NCBI GenBank assembly: GCA_050998805.1
Contig: JBPCPV010000040.1
Location: 8,248-72,247 of the forward strand
Length of the DNA: 64,000 nucleotides
Direction: 5' to 3'
Source: Chloroflexia bacterium
GTDB taxonomy: Bacteria; Chloroflexota; Chloroflexia; QHBQ01; JAICKM01
Under the pieces are notes generated by a model. That model saw only the letters and a program-made list of their open reading frames with translations, was not told the DNA's origin and did not search any database. Positions 19,526 to 26,966 of the stretch are shown here, piece by piece. Within the stretch, counting starts at the first letter, position 1. Each line of letters opens with the position of its first letter. A program made the translations under genes and the position numbers.

Positions 19526-20002
19526 ATGGCTAATTTGGGTCCGGGGACGGCGAACGATGGTCCCCTCGCGCGACGGCGCGCGGTCGCGGAGGGGTGCCTC
19601 GTGCCGGGCGCGGACGCGGGGCGGGTGGCGCAGGGCCGTGCCGCCCTCCTCGATGAGGATGCCTACTTCGACCTGGCCGAAACGTTTCGTGTTCTGGGCG
19701 ACTCGACGCGCGCCAAAATCGTTTACAGTCTGCTGCGCCAGGAGCTTTGCACCTGCGACCTCGCGGCCATCGTCGGCAGTTCGGAGTCGTCGGTCTCGCA
19801 GCATTTGCGGGTGCTCCGCCGTCTGCGGCTCGTCAAAAGCCGCCGCGCAGGCAAGTTGGTCTTCTACAGCCTGGACGACGTGCATATCCGGATCTTGCTT
19901 GCGGTCTGCCTGTCCCACGTCCGCGACGATGGACTGCAACATGCCGAAATGGACAAGGTCATCGAGCTGTTCCCGATCCGGGCGGACAAGGAGGTGCGCT
20001 AG
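19526..20002 (+). CDS. ArsR/SmtB family metal-sensing repressor (ZiaR/CadC-like)
   Basis: AAGGAG RBS; wHTH ELCTCDLA...SQHLRVLR; alpha5 site D-x-H...H-x-x-D. Confidence 0.92.
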   Translation: MANLGPGTANDGPLARRRAVAEGCLVPGADAGRVAQGRAALLDEDAYFDLAETFRVLGDSTRAKIVYSLLRQELCTCDLAAIVGSSESSVSQHLRVLRRLRLVKSRRAGKLVFYSLDDVHIRILLAVCLSHVRDDGLQHAEMDKVIELFPIRADKEVR

Positions 20003-20997
20003 TGGCTGATGGACACGATCATGGCATGACAGGGCGCAAGCTCCGCACGGCCTTTGGCCTGACCGCGCTGATCCTGCTGGTCGAACTGGCCGGTGGCCTG
20101 CTGTCGCACTCTTTGGCTCTGCTCTCGGACGCAGGGCATGTGCTGACCGATATTGCGGCGATCGGATTGGCCTGGTACGCGACCGCGCAGGCCGAACGCC
20201 CTGCGGACGCGCGCCGCACCTTTGGCTATCACCGCACCGGTATACTCGCCGCCCTCGCCAACGCCGTCACACTGATCCTGATCGTGATCTTCATAGGCTA
20301 CGAGGCGGTCGGACGCTTCACGCACCCCCAGCCGGTAGAGCCGGGGCTGATGTTTGTTTCGGCCCTGGTCGGCATCGTCGTGAACCTCTACATCGGCTTC
20401 GGGCTGCGCGCCGAGGGCGGTGCCAATCTGAATGTGCGAGCCGCGATGCTGCATGTCTTTGGCGATGTCGTGGCCTCGGTCGGCGTCGTCGTGGCCGGTC
20501 TTGTGATCCTGCTGACCGGCTGGCAGCTAGCCGACCCGTTGATCTCTATCGGGATCGCCGTGCTGATCGCCAAAGGCGCATGGGACATCCTGCGGGAGAC
20601 GACCGACATCCTCATGGAGGCCACACCCCGCGACCTGAACGTGGCCCAACTCGTGCGCGACCTGCTGAAGGTGCCCGGCGTCCACGATGTTCATGACCTG
20701 CATGTCTGGTCTATAGCCGGCGGGCTGCCGGTGCTCTCGGCGCATGTCCAGGTGGGGGATGACCGCCCCCTTAGCGCGTGTGACCCCCTGATGGTGGAAG
20801 TTAACGGTTTGTTGCAGCAGCGTTACCGGATCGCGCACTCGACCTTACAGCTCGAATACGTCTGTTGTGACGCCAACGACCTCTACTGCATCATGCCGGC
20901 AACGATGCGGACGTCTGGCCCCGCTCACGACCACGCCGCCGATGAACGGGACCACAGCCTGCGTGTGACCGAGCCCGGAGGAGGTGATCGTGGCTGA
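20002..20997 (+). CDS. czcD: Cation diffusion facilitator (CzcD/ZitB-like Zn/Co/Cd exporter)
   Basis: GTG overlaps the ArsR stop; SLALLSDAGH, TFGYHR, AAMLHVFGD, HDLHVWS. Confidence 0.9.
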   Translation: MADGHDHGMTGRKLRTAFGLTALILLVELAGGLLSHSLALLSDAGHVLTDIAAIGLAWYATAQAERPADARRTFGYHRTGILAALANAVTLILIVIFIGYEAVGRFTHPQPVEPGLMFVSALVGIVVNLYIGFGLRAEGGANLNVRAAMLHVFGDVVASVGVVVAGLVILLTGWQLADPLISIGIAVLIAKGAWDILRETTDILMEATPRDLNVAQLVRDLLKVPGVHDVHDLHVWSIAGGLPVLSAHVQVGDDRPLSACDPLMVEVNGLLQQRYRIAHSTLQLEYVCCDANDLYCIMPATMRTSGPAHDHAADERDHSLRVTEPGGGDRG

Positions 20998-21667
20998 TCT
21001 CTCGGCTGGAGCAATCGCATCCTCGGGGCGGAGGGCAGCCGTGCAGGCGGGGGTGCGGGTTGAAATCCTGACAGTCCTCTGGATGACGGGGGAAGCGCTA
21101 ATCGCGATCTGGGCTGGACTTGCGGCGCATAGTGTATTACTGACGGCTTTCGGCCTCGACAGCGTGATCGAGTTGGTGACCGGGGGCGTGTTGCTGTGGC
21201 GGTTGACTGTGGAAGCGCGTGGCGGCGGTCTCGAGCGTGTTGAGCGCGCGGAGAATAGGGCGGCTTGGGTGACGGGAACGGCGCTTGTTCTGCTCTGTGT
21301 GTACGTGGTCGTTACCGCAGCCGCCGGTCTCGTTACCCAAACCGCTGCTGAGGGGTCTCCGGTCGGCATCGGGCTGGCGCTTGTGGCGGTGGTCGGCATG
21401 CCGCTGCTGGCACGCCGCAAACGCAACATTGCGGCGACCATCGGCAGCGTGGCCCTGCGCGGGGATGCGGCCTGCTCGCTCACCTGCGCCTACATGGCGG
21501 CCACGTTGCTGCTGGGCTTGGCGCTGAACGCGGCCTTCGGCTGGTGGTGGGCCGATAACCTCGCCGCCTTCGGATTGCTATGGTGGCTAGTGCCCGAGGC
21601 CCGTGAGGCTCTGTCCGGTGCCCGAGCAGGACGAGCCGCATGCGTCTGTGGCGATGATGACTGCTGA
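20990..21667 (+). CDS. Cation transporter, CDF transmembrane-domain-only type, Cys-rich C-terminus
   Basis: SVLLTAFGLDSVIE, ALRGDAACSLTC, ends CVCGDDDC. Confidence 0.8.
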   Translation: MADLSAGAIASSGRRAAVQAGVRVEILTVLWMTGEALIAIWAGLAAHSVLLTAFGLDSVIELVTGGVLLWRLTVEARGGGLERVERAENRAAWVTGTALVLLCVYVVVTAAAGLVTQTAAEGSPVGIGLALVAVVGMPLLARRKRNIAATIGSVALRGDAACSLTCAYMAATLLLGLALNAAFGWWWADNLAAFGLLWWLVPEAREALSGARAGRAACVCGDDDC

Positions 21668-21703
21668 CCTAGCTACCCGCCGCTGGGATATTCTCGCCAG
21701 TAG

Positions 21704-21737
21704 TACTATTGACAATGGTACGGCAAAGGTGTATACT
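21704..21737 (+). promoter_or_regulatory. sigma70 promoter overlapped by a BlaI-type operator
   Basis: TTGACA(21709)-17 nt-TATACT(21732); imperfect 6-5-6 palindrome TACTAT-TGACA-ATGGTA at 21704..21720. Confidence 0.75.
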
Positions 21738-21782
21738 TGTCGGAGAACGCCGAGCGGACATGCCGGCAGAGGGCACTGCACA

Positions 21783-22250
21783 ATGAGCGAGGAAAAAGAA
21801 CTGACCTTGCACCCGGATCGGCAGGGGCTACAGATCGTCCTGGGCGAACTGGAGGCCGCGATCATGGACGTGGTCTGGCGGCAGCCAGACGGTGCCTGGT
21901 GTACCGTCCGTGACGTGTACGAAACCCTTCGCCAGGAACGGAGCATCGCCTACACGACCGTGATGAATACGATGACCCGGTTGGCGAAGAAGGGTGTCCT
22001 CGAAAGCACAACCCGCGATCACGCTTACCTCTACCGACCGCCGCAGAGCCGGGAGGCGTTCATCCAGGGGATCGTCGGCCATGTGCTCGAGCGGATGCTG
22101 GTCCAATTCACCGGCCCCACCGAGGTCGCCCTTGAGGATTATACGGCGCGGCACCCCGGCGGCGGCGAGAAAGTGGCCCGCTTGCTGGACGAGATCAACG
22201 AGCGCCGAGCCGGCGACGCGACGCGCCATGCGGAAAAGGATGCCGGCTGA
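21783..22250 (+). CDS. BlaI/MecI/CopY family transcriptional repressor
   Basis: LGELEAAIMDVVW, AYTTVMNTMTRLAKKG, AYLYRP. Confidence 0.93.
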   Translation: MSEEKELTLHPDRQGLQIVLGELEAAIMDVVWRQPDGAWCTVRDVYETLRQERSIAYTTVMNTMTRLAKKGVLESTTRDHAYLYRPPQSREAFIQGIVGHVLERMLVQFTGPTEVALEDYTARHPGGGEKVARLLDEINERRAGDATRHAEKDAG

Positions 22251-23275
22251 TGCACACTCTGCTGATCCTCTCTGTGGTCGCGCTTGCCGGCACAGGCAGC
22301 CTGGTTTGCCGGCGGCTGCTCCCCCGCGCACGTGGTTGGGACAGCCGGAGGGCGCTCCAGGTGGCGGGGCTGCTGCTACCGGCTGCTCTGCTCGGTCTGC
22401 TGACGGCGGTCGCCGCCGAATTCATCTGCGAGGTTTGCTTTCGCCTCACGCCGCCGACCGACCTGCTGTTGAGTCTCAGTTTCGCCGGTGCGGGTGTTGC
22501 CGGCCTCGTCGGGGCGGTGATCCTCAACTCTCTGAGGCTCATGATGCTCACACGGCACCTCCGGGGGCGCACCTGGAGCGCACCCGCATGGTTGCAGGCC
22601 CAGGTCGCCGAGCAGGCGGACGAGTTGGGGCTGAGGCAGCCGCCACAGGTGCTGGTCGCCGCCGATGCCCGGCCCTGGGCACTGGTGGCTGGCTTCTTTC
22701 CGCAGTACCTTGTCGTGTCGAGTAGGCTGGTCGGACTGCTGGATAACGAGGAACTCGATGCCGTTCTCTGCCACGAGTTGATGCATCTGCGGCGCGGCGA
22801 CCTATGGTGGACCGCGCTGGCCGGTGTGCTGCACGACCTGACCTGGTTCCTGCCGACGACCCGCCGCCTCTACCGTTTGCTGCGCGCAGAGCTGGAACTT
22901 GCCTGTGACGACTACCTAGTGGGCGAGCGGCGGCGGCTTGCCCTTGCGAGCGCCCTCGCGCGCGTCCAGCTAGCGGGGTTGGGGGCGGGGCCGCAGGCGC
23001 GCGGATCTCTGGCGCTGCTGGACTCACCTCTTGACGGCTCGATTGAGGCGCGCCTACGGCGGCTGCTCGATCATTCGGGGCGTGATGTCGCGCCCGGCAC
23101 CCTGACGGCGCTACCGGTCTTCGCGGGTGGGGTGGGGCTGGTGGCGCTGCTACAGGTCGGCGCGAGCCTCTGGGCGATGAACATGCTCGGCTGCAACCTC
23201 GGCCAGGCGGGGACGATGAACATGCTCGGCTGTGACTTGCAACAGTTGAGCGCCATATGCGGGTTAATCCATTAG
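22250..23275 (+). CDS. M56 family (BlaR1/MecR1-like) membrane metallopeptidase sensor
   Basis: Translationally coupled to the repressor (TGATG); HELMH zincin motif; ELACDD; TM segments. Confidence 0.9.
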   Translation: MHTLLILSVVALAGTGSLVCRRLLPRARGWDSRRALQVAGLLLPAALLGLLTAVAAEFICEVCFRLTPPTDLLLSLSFAGAGVAGLVGAVILNSLRLMMLTRHLRGRTWSAPAWLQAQVAEQADELGLRQPPQVLVAADARPWALVAGFFPQYLVVSSRLVGLLDNEELDAVLCHELMHLRRGDLWWTALAGVLHDLTWFLPTTRRLYRLLRAELELACDDYLVGERRRLALASALARVQLAGLGAGPQARGSLALLDSPLDGSIEARLRRLLDHSGRDVAPGTLTALPVFAGGVGLVALLQVGASLWAMNMLGCNLGQAGTMNMLGCDLQQLSAICGLIH

Positions 23276-23287
23276 AGAGGGACCAAC

Positions 23288-24622
23288 GTGATCTGGATAA
23301 TCTATGCCGTCGTCGTGCTCGTGGTGAGCGGCTTCATCGGGATGCACCTCGGGCGGTTCCGGGAGGCGTATACCGAAATGACCGGCATGATGGCCGGCAT
23401 GACGATGGGGATGTTGAACGGGTTCGTCCTCGGCTTCGCGGCGGCGGCGGCCACCGAGCCGAACGGCATGTTCTGGGGCAACCTCTTCGGCATCCTGCTC
23501 GGCCTCTCGCTCGGCTGGTACTTCGGGCGCGCCGGCGGGCTGATGGGCGTCATGGACGGTGCGATGGGCGGCGTCATGGGCGGCTCGATGGGGGCGATGC
23601 TCTCCGTCATGGTCCGCTACATTGATTGGCAACTCACCGCGACCGCCTTGCTGCTGGGAGCGCTCTATATCGCAGGGATGATCGGGCTAGTTGTGCTGAT
23701 CGAGCGAAGCGCGCCCGAACACGCGGCTCTCCACCGGCTCGCCCCGATGTTCACGCGGGCCATCGCGGCCGAAGTGGGGGAAGTCCAGGCAGCCGCGACT
23801 GAGCAGGAACCCGCCCCCCGGCGTATGCTCGACTACTACGCCTTCCTCGGCGTCTTCCCACGGGCGAGCGAAGACGAGATCATAGAAGCCTACTTGCTCA
23901 AGGTGGAGGACGCGGACCCCGCGACGGTCGCACGGGCCGAGCGCGCCCTGGCCGTCCTCAGCGACCGAGAGCAGCGCGCCGACTACGACAAGGCTCTGGC
24001 CGCGAACCGAGCGGCCCTCTCCGGCGTAGACAGACGCCGCGAGAAAGAACCGCCCGCAGGCGGGGGCACCGGGCGCGCAAGTAGCGAAATAACCGTGCGA
24101 CCTACGCGCTCGGCGGCAGGCGCTCCCGGACGCCGAACCGCTGTCCAGGCCCGCCGTCAACAGCCTGCGCCGCGCAGCAACGCCCTCTGGCTCTTGGCGG
24201 TCATCCCGGTACTGGCGGTCATCATCGGCGCGTTCATCTTGAGCAACAACTCGTCGGAATCCGGCTTTACACCGTCAGCCGATGGCGCGCCCGACGCGGC
24301 GCTGCTCGCCCAGGCGGTGACTGCGCCGCTCGGCGTGGACGGAGTGCAGACGCTCGATCTGGTGGTGGACGGCAGCACGATCAGCTACAAGCCGAGCGTG
24401 ATCAAGGTCAAGCAAGGGGTGCCGGTTCGCTTCAATCTGAGCACAGAAGGCCCGGACCCTGGCTGAGGGCGTTTCGTCGGACTCCGAGGTCTCGGAGTAC
24501 ACGGTATCGCCACCCCCGGCCAGGTCACGGCCTTCGACTTCACGCCGAACCAGGCAGGCACGTTCGAGATCAACTGCGGCATGGGCATGATGCGCCCCGG
24601 CACGCTGATCGTCACGCAATAG
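23288..24622 (+). CDS. Putative selenoprotein (444 aa, Sec393): Met-rich membrane domain + degenerate J-domain + TM helix + CupA-like cupredoxin domain
   Basis: In-frame TGA 24464 in GPDPG-U, followed by GRFVGLRGLGVHGIATPGQVTAFDFTPNQAGTFEINCGMGMMRPGTLIVTQ and TAG at 24620-24622. SECIS-like hairpin follows the TGA; the next gene starts 3 nt after the TAG. Confidence 0.85.
24467..24511 (+). promoter_or_regulatory. Candidate bacterial SECIS element
   Basis: Upper stem ACTCCGA/TCGGAGT (24481-24498) with GGTC loop whose first G is 21 nt after the UGA; lower pairing GGCG/CGCC and TCGT/ACGG. Confidence 0.75.
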
Positions 24623-24625
24623 GCC

Positions 24626-25150
24626 ATGAAGCGCACCCTGCTTCTGCTGCTCGCCTGCTTGCCACTCGTCGCCTGCGATACGGACACCGGATCTACGGCG
24701 TCGTCGGGGCAGCAGGCACCCGGCGGGCGGGTCGCTCAGGGCGCGCCCGCGCCGGATTTCAGCGCGCCGGACCTTGACGGGCAGGCGGTTGACCTGCACA
24801 GCCTGCGCGGCAAGCCGGTATGGATCAACTTCTGGGCCACATGGTGCGTGCCCTGCAAGGCCGAAATGCCGCTCATGGAGCAGAAGTACCAGCAGTACCG
24901 CGACAGCGGTCTGGTGATCCTCGGCGTCAACGTGCAGGAGAGCAAGCAGACTATACGCTCCTGGGTTGCCGGCAAGTTCGATTGGCGCTTCCTGCCCGAC
25001 GCGGAAGGCAAGCTGGCGAACCTATACCAGGTCGAGGGCGTGCCGACGCACATCTTCATAGACCGCGCGGGCGTGATCCGCAGCGTCCATGTTGACCAAC
25101 TCTCCGCGCCCGGCATGGACGCCGCGCTAGCGCCGATCCTCGCGCCCTAG
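24626..25150 (+). CDS. TlpA/ResA-like thiol-disulfide oxidoreductase lipoprotein
   Basis: Lipobox LVAC; INFWATWCVPCKAEMP; GVPTHIFID. Confidence 0.92.
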   Translation: MKRTLLLLLACLPLVACDTDTGSTASSGQQAPGGRVAQGAPAPDFSAPDLDGQAVDLHSLRGKPVWINFWATWCVPCKAEMPLMEQKYQQYRDSGLVILGVNVQESKQTIRSWVAGKFDWRFLPDAEGKLANLYQVEGVPTHIFIDRAGVIRSVHVDQLSAPGMDAALAPILAP

Positions 25151-25935
25151 TGGGCTGTCTCGCTCTCCCAGACCAGGCTCGGCCTGTCGCGCCCCGCCAC
25201 GGAGACCGCGCAGTGGGAGATCCCCTCGCGCTCCAACGGGCCGATCACAGCGGCGAGGGCCAGCGCGGGCGTGTTGTTGGTCTCCGAGAGGTGGGCCAGC
25301 CAGACGGTGCGCGGCTTGCCGTCGCGGGCGAGGTCGGCCAGTAGGCGCGCCGTGTCGGCATTGGCGAGGTGGCCGTGCGGCCCCGCGATCCGGCGCTTGA
25401 GCGAGGGCGGGTAGGGTCCGCGCCAGAGCCGGTCGGTGTCGTGGTTCGCCTCGAGCACCAGCAGGTCGGCGGCGGCGAGCGGCTCGGCAAGGGCGGGTGT
25501 CGGTGTGCCGAGGTCGGTGCAGACGCAGACGTGCCTGCCCTCGGCCTCCACCCAGAAGCCGACCGTCTCGCTGGCATCGTGCGACACCGGGAACGTCCGC
25601 ACGCTGATCGCGCCGACCCGGCAGAGACTTCCCGCAGGCAGCAGCACCGTCTCCGGCAGCAGCCCGAACGCTGCGTCTCCGGCCCTGAACGTGCCGGCGT
25701 TGGCTACCACCGGGATGGCGTGCCTGCGCGCCAGCGCACCGGCCCCGCGCAAGTGGTCAATGTGCTCATGGCTCACGAAGATCGCCGAGAGTCTGTCCGG
25801 CGAGATCCCCCGCGCCCACAGATAGCGCATCAGCGCGGGAGCCGGCAGTCCCGCGTCCAGCAGCACGCATGTCGTCCCCGCCTCCAGAAGGAAGGCATTG
25901 CCCGAACTCCCGCTCGCCAGCGCCGTCACCCGCAT
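25147..25935 (-). CDS. MBL-fold metallo-hydrolase (YycJ/WalJ-like)
   Basis: LASGSSGN, SHEHIDH, LEANHD, AHLSETNN. Confidence 0.9.
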   Translation of the reverse strand: MRVTALASGSSGNAFLLEAGTTCVLLDAGLPAPALMRYLWARGISPDRLSAIFVSHEHIDHLRGAGALARRHAIPVVANAGTFRAGDAAFGLLPETVLLPAGSLCRVGAISVRTFPVSHDASETVGFWVEAEGRHVCVCTDLGTPTPALAEPLAAADLLVLEANHDTDRLWRGPYPPSLKRRIAGPHGHLANADTARLLADLARDGKPRTVWLAHLSETNNTPALALAAVIGPLEREGISHCAVSVAGRDRPSLVWESETAH

Positions 25936-26015
25936 CTTTGCCCGCTCCTTCTACGATGATGGAGTAATCATAGGACAAACGTTCGCGTTTGTCAAGGGCA
26001 AGCCACCGCGAATTG

Positions 26016-26024
26016 TGTTATAAT
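26016..26024 (+). promoter_or_regulatory. Extended -10 promoter TGtTATAAT, 6 nt before ATG 26031 (probable leaderless mRNA)
   Basis: Sequence GTGTTATAATCGGAGCATG. Confidence 0.55.
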
Positions 26025-26030
26025 CGGAGC

Positions 26031-26939
26031 ATGAATAGACAAAGCGAACCCCTGACCCTTATGGCCGTCCACGCGCACCCCGACGACGAGGTGGTGTTCA
26101 CCGGAGGGCTGCTGCCGCTCTACCACGACCGCGGCGTGCGGACCGTGCTCGTCTGCTGCACCGGCGGCGAGCAGGGCGAGATCCACGACCCCGACCTCGA
26201 CCCGGAGGCCGACAAGCACCGGCTCGGCGAGATCCGCGCCGGCGAACTGCGCTGCGCGGTCGAGGTGCTGAAGATCGACGCGCTCGAAATGCTCAACTAT
26301 CCCGACTCGGGGATGGAGGGCACCGAGGCCAACGCCGACCCGAACTGCTTCTTCCAGTCGTCGCGCGAGGAGGAGACGGCGCGGCTGGTGAAACTCGTGC
26401 GCCGCTACAAGCCGCAGGTGCTCGTGACCTACAACGAGTACGGCGCATACGGCCATCCCGACCACATCGCCGCCCACCAGATCACGACCGCCGCCTACGA
26501 CGCGGCAGGCGACCCCGACTACCTGCCCGAACTCGGCGCTGCCTGGACCCCGCTCAAGCTCTACTGGACGGCCTGGAACGAGGAGGGCTTCGAGCGCGCA
26601 CAAGAGATGTACAAAGAGCGGGGCCTGCGCTGGCCGTGGGACGAGGATGAGGACGAGGCGAAAGACGCGGAGGCCGAGGCTACCGAGAAGGAGGCAGAGG
26701 AGAAGCCGCCGCCCTACAAACCGCCTCCGATCACCACGCGGATCGACGTGCGGGACTACATGCCGCAGAAATTGGCTGCCTTCGCCTGCCACCGCACCCA
26801 GTTCATGCGCGAGGGGCTGTTCCGCAGCATCCCTGAGGACATCGCGGTTGTCGCCTTCGGAGTGGACGCGCTGACCCTGGTCAAGAGCCGTGTCGAAGCC
26901 CCGCCGACCGAAACCGACCTCTTCACGGGGATCGTCTAG
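26031..26939 (+). CDS. PIG-L family deacetylase (MshB/Mca-like)
   Basis: AVHAHPDDE, GEQGEI, YGHPDHI, HRTQ. Confidence 0.9.
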   Translation: MNRQSEPLTLMAVHAHPDDEVVFTGGLLPLYHDRGVRTVLVCCTGGEQGEIHDPDLDPEADKHRLGEIRAGELRCAVEVLKIDALEMLNYPDSGMEGTEANADPNCFFQSSREEETARLVKLVRRYKPQVLVTYNEYGAYGHPDHIAAHQITTAAYDAAGDPDYLPELGAAWTPLKLYWTAWNEEGFERAQEMYKERGLRWPWDEDEDEAKDAEAEATEKEAEEKPPPYKPPPITTRIDVRDYMPQKLAAFACHRTQFMREGLFRSIPEDIAVVAFGVDALTLVKSRVEAPPTETDLFTGIV

Positions 26940-26966
26940 CCCCGCCCGGTAAGGAGAGCCGCTCCA

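Noticed and set aside
21665-21703. Possible Sec read-through at the TGA ending the second CDF gene (DDDC-stop)
   Set aside because: The continuation is only 11 codons, non-homologous, runs into the next promoter and has no convincing hairpin.
23288-24466. ORF-track call ending at TGA 24466
   Set aside because: It stops mid-cupredoxin; the downstream frame completes the domain and a SECIS-like hairpin follows, so the read-through CDS to 24622 is preferred.
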